This document shows, in pieces, positions 1 through 10,881 of a stretch of 64,000 bases of DNA; the first letter of the stretch is position 1; each line of letters starts with the position of its first letter. A program made the position numbers and the translations under genes. Source of the DNA: Amphiscolops sp. MND2022 (lineage: Eukaryota); contig OZ076418.1 of NCBI GenBank assembly GCA_964187785.1, forward strand, positions 45,260,001 through 45,324,000. Reading direction: 5' to 3'. The notes beneath the pieces were generated by a model. The model did not search any database. It was not told the origin of the DNA and saw only the letters and a program-made list of their open reading frames with translations.

Positions 1-704
1 GAAGATTTTTCTTGAGAAAACAAAAACTGAACAAGCCAGGAACGGCATTGCCCCATTTAAATCTCAAAAACATAACATCGATTCAAATTCAAATCAGAAT
101 AAAAGGGTATAATTTGACTATGAAAATTTTATTCTGATACAATCTTACAAGTGAGTCTTTTTTTTGCTCAAACATCGATCACTTCGGCTTCATTTTTTTG
201 ATACAGCCCCTGTAGTTCACTACACAAAAACAGTGGAACCACCATCATCCAGTTTATAGCCGGTTTTTCAAAACGAAAAACTCTTGATCTGAGTAGAATG
301 AGAATGAAGTACACCGGACCCAATCAACTCAGAAATGCAAGCCTTCTTTCTTTCCCTTGGGCAAAACCAGAGGAGTTGGGATCTATTGGGTATCTTCATG
401 ATTCCCAACAGCTATAAACTATATTTCTCATGGCTAGCTTCAACCTCAGAAAGATTCAAGATGGCAAAAAGTTCTGATTTTTGGAAGAACACAGAATTTT
501 TTCTTGTTCATCATTTTTAGTTGGTTACAAAAACTTTGAATTTCCGCTGCGAAAAAGTGTTTTTCTAAAGAGTACATTACTATTTTAAACCCCCAACCCA
601 GCAAACAGCCCTTCTGCTGTGACGTTTAAATTAGTTCAATCTGGATTACTTTTCGTTTTATATAACATACTAAACAAGTTCATGGAGCCCAAAATTTGTT
701 GGTA

Positions 705-878
705 TCAGCACCGTTTAATGGTTACATTTTCCTTCTCTTCTAAGGACGTTAGACTTTCGAGGTCGAAAAGAGGTCTGACGTTGAAGTTTCCCGGTGGGTA
801 GTAGTGGCACACCACAATTTGCATGATCCCGCATCTCCCGATGCCACATCCAACGAACTTAGTACCCCGCCACATCAT
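705..878 (-). CDS. CAP/SCP (CRISP/PR-1/allergen V5) family gene, 3' coding exon
   Basis: Acceptor tttttcAG, then MMWRGTKFVGCGIGRCGIMQIVVCHYYPPGNF...; IVVCHYYPPGNF matches the CRISP_2 signature; stop at 705-707. Confidence 0.85.
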   Translation of the reverse strand: MMWRGTKFVGCGIGRCGIMQIVVCHYYPPGNFNVRPLFDLESLTSLEEKENVTIKRC

Positions 879-1865
879 CTGAAAAAGCTTGCAGATTATA
901 TGCAGGAACAAAAACTTGTGGACCAAATACTGAGAAAAAAGTTTTTGACCAAAAGACGTTTTATGACACAATCAATGCTGGAAATTGTTTCATTTCGGGA
1001 ATCTCCGCTTGGCGAGTTACAGTTGCGAAGAAAGTTTGAAGCTTCACTTGCAAGTTTTTTCTCTCCATTCGAAGCCGCGACTTCTAATTGAAGTAACAAG
1101 ACACTTAGAGTTCTTCGCAATGGATATCAAGTTTTCTTGAGTGCGTCTTGTGTAACCTGGGAAAAGACTATTTTTGCTTGGGTAGTAGTATTGCGAGAAT
1201 CCATCGATTTTGGTTTGGGTATTCAATGGTTCTTAAATTTACAGAAGTTGTTCCTGAGTTTGTCCTTAGCCCTATGTATTTCGAGGGAGGCGGAAATATC
1301 GTCGTCAGTAATATTATGTCAGAAATTTCGTCCTTTAAGAATAAACAACGTTGACGAAAAGAATTTTTTTCAATTTTTCGATTATTAAAATATTTAAATA
1401 AAATCTTAAGAACAAGTTTGATTTTGACAGCAAAATTGAGTGAAAAAGTTAATTGCATTCAATAACCTCATCAAGACGCTTATTGATGACGTCCCAACGG
1501 GACATTTTCAGTTCTGAACTATTTGACTCACCAACTTTTAGAAAGAAAAAGAGTTCAAAAATCGCAAAAAAGGTTTCAATATGTGTAAACGTAATGTTAA
1601 AAAATCTGTGATAATGGAAGATTTTATATTGGTAGTTGAAATTTTGTTAGCGAAACCTTTTTCTCTTAAAATCATAATTAACAGTGGTCAATGATAGCAA
1701 TTATTGCGCAATTAACAATAATTATTGAGATAAGTAGACTCAGTAATTTTTAATAGATAAGCTAAAATGCAACAGCGTTTAATAACAGAACGTAATTACC
1801 GAAAACGAAATTTGTGACTACGAAATTTCTGGCAATCGTATGTTGCACCTTTCGATGGTTCATAC

Positions 1866-2038
1866 CTGTGAGAAGTGACCAATCTCGAAGGGGTCCACGT
1901 CTTTGCATTTCGCATAGCCTATTCCTTCTCCGGGGTATTTGTACAGGTTGATCTCGTCGTACCAGATCTCTGAAGCCATCTTGCCCAAATACGCATCGGA
2001 ATAAGGTCTTCTCGATGATATGCGGAACATATTTTCTC
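1866..2038 (-). CDS. CAP/SCP family gene, internal exon
   Basis: Acceptor ttatttacAG, (G)ENMF...ASEIWYDEINLYKYPG...FEIGHFSQ, donor CAG|GTATG. Splicing to the 878 exon gives GHFSQMMWRGT (CRISP_1 signature). Upstream exons not located. Confidence 0.85.
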
Positions 2039-2327
2039 CTGTAAATAATAACTGGCATAAATTCATATTTCTCATAGCAAAACGTTTTTCCAGCATAGCG
2101 GGCAGTGTTTGCCTTGGTCTTTCGAGCCCCTCGAACAAATTGAAAAATGTTTTCCCAATAAGGTAGCCCATAAAACAGAAGCATTTTATTCTAACGAAAA
2201 GTTGATTTCAATCTTTTCAATCTGTCGGCGATCTTTGCTGAAATTGCCAGAACATTGAAGTCACTTTTTTGTGAGAGAGACAAACGCAAACAGGTATGGT
2301 TTATATTAAATTCATAGCGTATCATAT

Positions 2328-2398
2328 GGCAGTTGACCCAGTGGTTAGAGCAATATCTTCCAAAGCAGGAGGATGGTGTTTGAACCTGGCTAGTGCCC
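2328..2398 (+). other. Degenerate tRNA-like (SINE-head-like) sequence
   Basis: A-box-like TGACCCAGTGG and B-box-like GTTTGAACC at tRNA spacing; cloverleaf not intact. Confidence 0.35.
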
Positions 2399-5300
2399 GA
2401 CTTTGTCGCCCATATTGTTCTCAGTTTGCTTTTTCATGTTAAAGACTCTGTCCCACTTTCTTGTAATTGTGACAGCAGCGGATGGTAGTCGCGAAAAATC
2501 ATTGATTGTGGGAATGCAAAAATACAAAACGCAAAATAAGGTTAATTTCCGTTTCCAGGGTGCCATGGGAATAACGTCTAAAATTGCCAAAGTAGCTGTC
2601 GAACTGGAAAATATGGCAACAAAAATTGAAAATACATAATCATACCCATCAACATGGTATACCACATCCACATGGCTGCAAATATCAAACGAAGACTCAT
2701 TTTTCCTGTTTTTGCCACTAAATATAGCATAATGCCAAAATCAATTGAAACCGGGTGTTGGGATCTAGAAAAGAGTCTCCGAGAGTTTTTCACAGTCTTT
2801 ACGAGCAATCACATGCCCTGTACCACGTCACAAATCGAATAAGAATTGTTCATCGTATTTCTGAATATTTCCACTATCAACTGAATTTGTGTACCAAGGA
2901 GTGCTGTTACACAACTCCCCCGGCCTTAAGCATTACGTCCCTGTCATGCGGAGCAGCTGGCTTTGAATACATCTCTACATCCTCTTCGCAAGCTACTGGC
3001 AGTTCAAACTGGGGATTTTGCAAGGGTACAAAGTCACTAGCATCTTTTGATGATTGGGCCATAATGAGGTCTGGCTTCTTGCCATCTACAGAGCTCACAT
3101 TGTTCACCAACTGTCAACAATAGAACTAGCCCTCGAGTTATAATGCACGCACACAAAAATACACCTTGGAACGGAACAAATCCACTTCAAACGGAAATCC
3201 ATATATCAATCTTAGAGCATCACTTTGTTAGCACGAAATTACGGCATTGAATTTGAATCGGACTTTGCTAGCACAGGGTGTTTGGATGTTTGAAAATTTC
3301 ACGGAGGCCGTAAGATCCAGTGTTATGTTTGAAACCTGGTGAAAAATACTAAAAATCGCCAGGAACAAACGCAGGTTTTGCGAAAATAAAGAACAGCACC
3401 GTTTGGCAAAGCGTTACATGTAAAGTTGTTGGGTTTCTTATTCTAAATAAAGTAGTATCTATTTCAGACGTCTCGATGAGGCATTGAAACAAAATTTTGA
3501 CGATGTTTACACAGCTACCTAACGTTCCTAACGTTTTGGAATTCAAGTTTGAGAAAGCACTGCTTGAAAAGGAGCGTGACGCTGCCAAGTTTCCATTAAA
3601 AAAAGTAGCACTATCCTCCAATAGTTGCCCGGTTCAATTGTGGAAAAAGGGTGCTTTATCCTTGACTGGGGATTCCCGAATCTCACTAGAAACTCCGGAC
3701 CTTGGTTAAGGAGCACCCTCCTTGATGTGGAGATAGCATGAACATCAATTGTGTGAACAAAATTGAATGCCCAATACAAAAATTGAAGGAGAATTAATTG
3801 GGGTTCAAACGTCTGGAGATTTCTGATCCTTCCTTCGTTGGTATCATTTGAACGTGAAAAGTCTTCAAGGCACGATTAGCCGGAAGATAGGTGAATTGAT
3901 TTCAAGATTTCCTCAGATTTTCTCGTCGTAGAAATGATGAATCAGAAGAAAAGTAGAATTATTCCGACTACTATTTGCATACTTCCGCTTCCGTGAACTT
4001 TGGGAAGATTGTGGTCTCAACTCCATGCGATACAAGTGACTCTGTGTTTGGTACCCCGGCGCGTACTGCTGGATTCTGGTCGATTGAAAGCTTTTAAGAA
4101 TTTCAGCTTGCTGCAACTCAGTTTGATATTTTCATGCTTCTGTTCTATGGAACGAATTTTTACACTGAGTTTGCGTTGTGTTTTGAAATGGCAACAAACA
4201 GTATTCGAGGTTAAAGAACTTTTCCTAAATCTCATGCGCTGACAATTTAACTGCTGTTTTCAACTTGGTTGTCTAGATATCAGATTATCAAAGGCGATAC
4301 TATTTTTATTCCATATATACTCGATTGTGCTATTACAGTTTCAAGAGTGCTTCCTTTAGTCAAACGTTAGCAGCTGATTGAGCTATCTGGTTTATCGGCG
4401 TGAAGAATACAAAATCAAATTTCATTTTCGTCGTTTAATGTTCAAGTTTGGTATATGTCACTTGCGATCGATTCATTCAACAGTCTTGCGTTTGTCAGAC
4501 TTGCCTTTTTCTACCAGAATCACGAAATACTGGATGGAAATGCTGTCACACTTCTCTCCTTTTCCCCTATAGATTTGTTCTATAAGCGTTTAAAATTTCG
4601 TCATTTGCATCGGCATCGGGATTGGAATGTATCGTCGCTTTCAGTAAGGTATCCGCGCGAGTTTATCATCTCATGTTTTGAGCGAACCTTTATGAAGTCA
4701 AACGCGATTAGTATATTATCTTTTGGTCGGGTTTTTCAATTTTTTCCAATCCTGTCGAAGTGATCATGATGCTCTACAAGTAGCCGAAATGATTGGAAGG
4801 ATACTCTTTCAATTTATGAAATTCTCTCGACAAAAAGGAGATTAAGTGTTTTTTTGAAAAAATCTCTTCCACAAAAGGAACCTTTTTTTCTACGTTTCCA
4901 GCCAAAAACTATTTTCGAACTCCAAAGGCACTAAGTGTTTCCACTTTGAGATTTAGAATTTCTTCAAATGCAGTTGCTCTACGTTTTGGCAAGATTTTCG
5001 CTTCCTTAGCCTTAAGAGAGGCGCGGACTTTTGCCGTTACCGGCATTAAACATCATATATTTCACTGTTTCTGAACAATACGTTCCAAAACTTTTCAACT
5101 CATTGTGCTAACTTCGCAATTATCGTATTCTCGTTTTTCTAGGAAAACCAAGTTTTTTCATTGATATTTTTGTCATTTGTTTCCTTCCAACGTAAACACA
5201 TTCGTCAAAGTTGTATCTCATCTGCGGGGATTCAGAACCCAAAGTGCAATTTTCCGACTTTGCGGTTTCAGATTCATCTGCCGTCATTCCGAATCTGAGT

Positions 5301-6633
5301 CATCTGAGTGTTTTAATCCCGGAGCTTCTCAGTGCCTGGAAAAAACTTCATCGAAATTGGTGATGGCCGAATCTACAGAAGAATCTATAGAGTCATTGCT
5401 TCCGCTCGTTACTGAATGGTTTGGAAAGACCGTTCCAGGATAGTGGTAATTCTGCTATGAGAGAGCAATTTGACGAGAGTGGTGCATCGCTTTTTGACAT
5501 CATGTTTGGGCCATTTTAAAGAAAGTGCAGGACAAGGCAATAGAGAGATAGTTTAAAGAACTAATATCAGCAGATAAAACAAACTGGTACAGTATGTTTT
5601 GTTGAGATGAATTAAAACGTACTTAAATTAACATCTGCTCCCAAGCATTTTTGTCAAATGATATCCTCATCACAGCTTTGCTAAGACTACGAAATCCCTG
5701 GACCCTCTGTCGGGTCCAGAGAAATAATCCAAAAGTCTCTCAGAGTTGCATAGTTGTATCCTTTTTTTTCGATTTCATGATGTAACAAAGTTCAAATATA
5801 GGTTTATTGGTGAGTGAAAAAGTGAAACAAAATGGCCTCAAATGCTCTCACTCAGAGTTGGAACCAAGCACACGATTAAATGTTGCCGGGCCGGGCTCTT
5901 ACGAGCTTAATTTTTTCGGGCCGGGTATAATCATTTGGAAAATAAATCGAAAGTTTATACATTAAAAGGAAGCGCTGCAGAATTCCCTATGCTCAGTGTA
6001 GATGCTAGAGAAATATTCTCAGTGCAAGCAACCAGTGCTCAAAGTGAACAAATGAGACCAGTTCTCAAAGTCAAGCGGGTCTTATTCGCACAAATGTAGA
6101 GCCCAGATGTTTGCCAAAAAACTGTCTGATGTTGAATTTTTGAATTTTGCAAAAAATTTTCATGATGTTTATACCTGTTTATCATTTACAATTTACTTTC
6201 GGGTATCAAATACGTTCTCGGTCAGTTTCGTCGGGTATTAAAAATATTCAAATATATCGGGTCGTGTTAGGAATTTTGAAACGGGCTCGGGCCAGGCTTC
6301 GGGTAGAAAATCATGATCGGTTGTAACTCTGCTCTCAGTAACGTTGTTGCAACCATTAGAAATTGAAATGTGTTTTAAGAGCATCAAAATCAATGAAGAT
6401 ACCAACCTGGTCCTGTTGGAAGGTAAGACTGTGGCGAGTGTCTCATCCTCCTGCACTTGAAGAGTCCCACAAGATTCCAGTCTACGTATCTCTGTGACGT
6501 CATTTCTGAAGCCGATTAAAGGAACCATTAAAACTACCTGATTTTTCTGTAATTATAAGTCTAGGTCCAAGAGTTTGTTACTGACAAGTTTTTTCGGGTT
6601 TTTCGATCAAGTTGATCAGACTCTGTCCATAGT

Positions 6634-6865
6634 TGTTGTATTCTCTAGATCTAGATTAAGATGGAAAAGAATAAAAGTTATATCTCTAGTTTCGACTGCT
6701 CTATATCAAATCAAATTGTACATATGTATCAAAATGTATCAAATGTAATTTAATGTAGAATGAGTTTGTTAGTAAACAACTCTAGTATCTAGACTAGATA
6801 GTTTGTAGACCGAATCTCGGTAGAGGTTAAATGGTAGTTTGAACCGGTTTGAACCGAATATAACA
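6634..6865 (-). repeat. 3' LTR of element 1 (232 bp)
   Basis: Differs from the 5' LTR by a 10-bp duplication (aaaatgtatc) and two substitutions. Confidence 0.97.
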
Positions 6866-6894
6866 TTTCTCCCCCTATTCTTTTCACATCTTCT

Positions 6895-7004
6895 TCAATT
6901 TCGGTTTGAGGGGCCTGGGGTTGTGGATTCTTCTGGGAGGAAATCCGCTGGCTTTTGTACTGTCTCGGGTTTCGGTATTCCTTTGTGTCTGGTCCACACG
7001 GTAC
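6895..7004 (-). CDS. Putative small 3' exon/sORF of element 1, (G)TVWTRHKGIPKPETVQKPADFLPEESTTPGPSNRN*
   Basis: Follows tttaatttatattacAG just after the pol stop; 23/35 aa identical to 50582-50691, with 6 synonymous codon changes and the stop at the same position. Confidence 0.65.
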
Positions 7005-7031
7005 CTGTAATATAAATTAAACATTTATTTT

Positions 7032-9587
7032 CTATCCCCAAAAGTTTCCGGTATATGTTATACTACCGTATCTATTCGGTATTTTGCTTTCTCGGTTGGT
7101 TCGTCTTATTTGTGTTTTTGGTTTCTCACCCGTTATTTCGCTGTCGGTATGTAACTGTAGTGTGTCTTCTTCTTCCGGATTCGTCCGTATTGGCACATAT
7201 CTCCCGTCTTTCTCGGATGTGTCGTACACTACTGGTGTTCCGATTTCTTCCGGCATTTCTTCGTCTTCGTCGTCATCGTCTTCTTCGGTATCGCTATCTG
7301 CCCGCTTTTTGTTCGGGACGATTTTCAGTTTGCCGTTCAGGATGTCCTTGAGAATTTCATCCCACCGGGTGTGCTTCCCGTCCAGTCCGCGTATGCAGTG
7401 TCGGTTTTTTGGGTTTATTTCGCCGGTTGTGTGCAAGGCCGGCTCTTTTCTGATTTTTCTCTCGGTCTGAAATAATGGGTTTGAAATAAATTTTCGGTTT
7501 ATTATTTTTCCGGTATCGGTTTTTATAGTACTTTCGGTTCCGCTTATGGCGGTTTGGATTTTATTTTGGAATTTTCCTTCTAATGATTTTTTGTTGTAGT
7601 TTTTTTCGACAAAATGAAAGGGATATCTAACCGAATTTTTCTTTTTCGGTGACTTTGGTCCGTCGGCGAGGTGTTTTTCCTCTGTCTTCGTTCTCGCCAT
7701 CACAATGTGATTTGTGATGTCTCCATCCGCATCACGGCCCACATAGATTGGGATTTTCGGTTTGTTTGATGCTGAAACAGATAGTTCTGACCAATCAGAC
7801 AGGTATGATTTTCCGTCTTTAACAAAATTTGTTAATTCGGTTCTCGGTTTTCTACCGTGATGTAGTTCGAATGGTGTTAATTTTAGTCCGGTATGTATTG
7901 TAAATCGCATTACATGTAATGCTCGATTTACACTTTCGGTTAGGCTTGTGTTGTCTTCCATATTTGCTATAATCAGATTCTTCAGTGTTTGTTTTGCTCT
8001 TTCTACTGTTCCGTTTCCCGTATGTATTCGGGGGGTACAGTATTCGATTTCGATATTTCGGTTTTTGCAAAATTCTCGGTTTTCTTTGGAAACAAATGCT
8101 CCTCCTTTATCGGATTTAGTTTTTTCGGGTATTCCGTATAAAGTAAAGTTACTCGATAAAAAGTTTATGACTTCTTTTGTTTCCGCTGACTTGCAGATTT
8201 TTACGGTTGGCCCTTTACTAAATATATCTATCGCAATTAGTATTTGTATATCTCCGTTTATCTTTTTATTGTGTAATTTTCCGGTAAAATCGATTTGTAT
8301 TTCTTGGCCGGGTTCGGTTAGTTTTTCTAATTTTCCGTAATGTTTTTTCGGTAATTGATAATTAAGGTTTTTACCTGATGCGAGGCAGGCGGTGCAGTCT
8401 TTCACTTTATTCTCGATGTCCTGCTTCATTCCGGGCCACCAGAATATTTTGGCTTCTGCGTTCATTTTTGTTATTCCGGAGTGACCGAAGTGGATGATAT
8501 CTAGGAGTTTTCGTCTAAGGTCGATTGGTACGACGATTTGGTCGTCTACGAAGACCAGTCCCCATCTTATTGACAGTTTGTGGAATACTGTCCGGTAGCC
8601 ATCCGGAATTGTTTCCCGGTCTTCCTTCCTCATGCTGTTTCTGACACGGGTTAGTTCCGGGTCGATGGCTGTTTTGGCGATGAGTGTCTTCAAGTCCATC
8701 ATGAACTCGAATTCCGCCTTCTTTATATTTTCTTCCGTGATTTTCTTGTTGCCGGTTAGTTTTCCCACGATATGGTTAATTTGGATGTATTTCGCTTCCT
8801 TTCCATCCGTGTTGTATTTGCTGAGGTCTACTATAGGTAGATTGTCGCCCCGCATTATGATACTGTCTTCTTCGGTCTCGGCGTTTTCAATTTCCAGTTC
8901 ACCTTCTTCCCGTAATTCTTCCGGTTCGTCTTGTTCTTCTCTCAATCGGTTCGCTCTTCTCATTAACTCCGCATCGATTTCAGCAATCTCCTCTCTACTC
9001 CTTTTGTTAGGTCTTGATGGGGCGAATACTGTCCGTTGTGTGTATTGGTCGTACCGGCGTCGTAATGTTCCTGGCCGGGATAGTTGATTTCTTTGTTCGA
9101 CTAGTCGGCACGTCTCTGGGCTGTTGTTCCGTCTGCGGATAATCTCCATAATTTCCCGTGTGGCGCCCCAGTGGTAAAAGTTTTCACGATCCATTTCGGT
9201 AATTTCCGTATTTAATTTTATGCTTTTTTGAGTTTGATTTAAACTTTTAGCTTCTTTCGTTGAATGACTTCTCTCTAGCGTGCTAATTTCGGACTGCCCG
9301 GATGTGGTTTTCTTATTTCGTTGGTGTTTGTTCACGTTGTTTTTGTTCTCGAATGTTCTATTCTTCTGTGATTGGTTCGCGCGATTCTCATTTTGTTCTT
9401 CGGATGTATTCTTCTTTGTCTCGGTTATTGCTTTCTCGCTTTTTGATTGGTCGGCGAATATTGGTCCGTATTTTATGTTCAGTTTTGCTTGTTCGGATAG
9501 TATGTTGATGACGTATTCGTCGTCGTAACTTTCCTCCGGTGTAGCTCCCCCTACCGGATTTCTACTAAGGTAATCGGTGAATTTCAA
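7032..9587 (-). CDS. pol: pol 3' part: long RH-IN linker, integrase and C-terminal extension (851 aa open frame)
   Basis: HFGHSG...CTAC zinc finger; IDFTG / SDKGGAF / GTVER DDE motifs; terminal RRTNR..PNRY motif. Confidence 0.93.
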   Translation of the reverse strand: MKFTDYLSRNPVGGATPEESYDDEYVINILSEQAKLNIKYGPIFADQSKSEKAITETKKNTSEEQNENRANQSQKNRTFENKNNVNKHQRNKKTTSGQSEISTLERSHSTKEAKSLNQTQKSIKLNTEITEMDRENFYHWGATREIMEIIRRRNNSPETCRLVEQRNQLSRPGTLRRRYDQYTQRTVFAPSRPNKRSREEIAEIDAELMRRANRLREEQDEPEELREEGELEIENAETEEDSIIMRGDNLPIVDLSKYNTDGKEAKYIQINHIVGKLTGNKKITEENIKKAEFEFMMDLKTLIAKTAIDPELTRVRNSMRKEDRETIPDGYRTVFHKLSIRWGLVFVDDQIVVPIDLRRKLLDIIHFGHSGITKMNAEAKIFWWPGMKQDIENKVKDCTACLASGKNLNYQLPKKHYGKLEKLTEPGQEIQIDFTGKLHNKKINGDIQILIAIDIFSKGPTVKICKSAETKEVINFLSSNFTLYGIPEKTKSDKGGAFVSKENREFCKNRNIEIEYCTPRIHTGNGTVERAKQTLKNLIIANMEDNTSLTESVNRALHVMRFTIHTGLKLTPFELHHGRKPRTELTNFVKDGKSYLSDWSELSVSASNKPKIPIYVGRDADGDITNHIVMARTKTEEKHLADGPKSPKKKNSVRYPFHFVEKNYNKKSLEGKFQNKIQTAISGTESTIKTDTGKIINRKFISNPLFQTERKIRKEPALHTTGEINPKNRHCIRGLDGKHTRWDEILKDILNGKLKIVPNKKRADSDTEEDDDDEDEEMPEEIGTPVVYDTSEKDGRYVPIRTNPEEEDTLQLHTDSEITGEKPKTQIRRTNRESKIPNRYGSITYTGNFWG

Positions 9588-10881
9588 GTTATTTCCTGCG
9601 ATATGTTGTATCGATATATCAAAATGAGTTAAGCGGTCTAACCATCATGTTAGTCGCGCACTATATTGTTTATTACTCCGGTTTCTTTTAATTAATGGTT
9701 CTAGTGCTTGATGGTCGGTATAAAGGTGTACCTTTTTTTCCGTACAAATAAAATCGGAATTTTTCAAGTCCCCACACTACTGCTAGTAGTTCTAGTTCAC
9801 CGATAGAATAATTCTTTTCGGTATCATTCAAATATCTGCTTCCGAATGCTATCGGTTTTGTGTTTCCGTCGTCTTGCTTTTGCCACAGTGTTATTCCCAG
9901 TCCGGTAGTGCTAGCGTCCGTTGTTACTATGTTCTCTTTATCTTTTGCGTAGTGTGCTAAGCATGGGCCTTCAGTTAACATTTGTTTTATTTTTTCGAAG
10001 TCTTTCTGTTGTTCTTCTGCCCATTTCCATGGTTCGTTCTTTTTCAATAGTTTCCGTAACCGGTCGGTTTGTTCCGAGAGTTTCGGTAGGAATTTCGCCA
10101 TGTATTGTATTGCTCCGAGAAATGATTTTAGTTCTTTTGTGTTTTCCGGTGGTTTCAATTTCAGTATTGCTTCTACTTTTTCTTCGTTTAGTTTGATTCC
10201 GTTCTCATCGATTTCGTGTCCCAACCATTTTATCCGGTTCATAAAGAATTCTGATTTCTTTTTACTTGCTCGGTAACCGGCTTTTTCCAGTTTTTATAGG
10301 ACGTCGAATAGTTTCTTCTCGTGGTCTTGTCTGCTTCCCCGTGTTACCACAATTATATCGTCCAGCCATGCCGGTGTGCAGTATTCAAGTGTTCGGTCAA
10401 TTTTTTCTTGGAATTTTGTGGGTATATCGGCAAGTCCGTAAAACCCTTTTTTGAACCGGTAATATCCGCTAAATTTTCCTCCGGTTAGTGCAAATACGCA
10501 GTGTCGGCTTGTTTCTTCTGATAGTCTCATTTGACCGTATGCGTAATCCAAGTCTATTTTGGAGATGAAAAGTTTTACTGTTCTGTCGCGTGTTATTTCC
10601 ACCGATATTTGGTTCAGTAATTCTTCCATATTTGGCATATGGGGTCTCATTTTAATGCAACTGTCGTTCAATTTCCTTGAATCTAGCGCTTTTTACTGTT
10701 ATTACCACCGGTGATACAAAACAATCTTCATCTACATCGTTTATTTTTTCTAAGTGTCCGGATTTTATTAGTTTTTCTAATTCCCGTCCGACATCGTCTT
10801 GAAGGTGTAGTGGTATCGGTCTTGCTTTTTGTTTAACCGGATAGTGCCCTGGTTTTAATTGAATGTTTATCTCGGTGTCTT
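9588..10881 (-). pseudogene. pol: Disrupted RT/RNase H of element 1
   Basis: ALDSRKLN, KIDLDYAYGQ, WLDDII, TTDAS, ELELLAVVWG motifs. Lesions: 1-bp loss ~10910, ~20-nt deletion ~10690, TAA at 10294-96, +1 in an A-run ~9735, TGA at 9645-47. Confidence 0.92.

Noticed and set aside
2390-3123. Short ORFs as upstream CAP exons
   Set aside because: No HNxxR or LxW..LA..AQ motif on the minus strand and no convincing phase-1 donor.
3150-5450. Coding-like decayed region
   Set aside because: No recognisable motif in any frame by eye; left unassigned pending a translated search.
5885-6305. cgggccggg-rich segments as MITE ends
   Set aside because: Could not define TIR boundaries or a TSD.
7005-7066. 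Short intron from G|GTAGTA in the pol tail to the mini-exon acceptor
   Set aside because: The site is GC in the 50.7-kb copy, and the would-be intron codons are silently conserved as YGSIxYTGxFWG*; the donor must be elsewhere.
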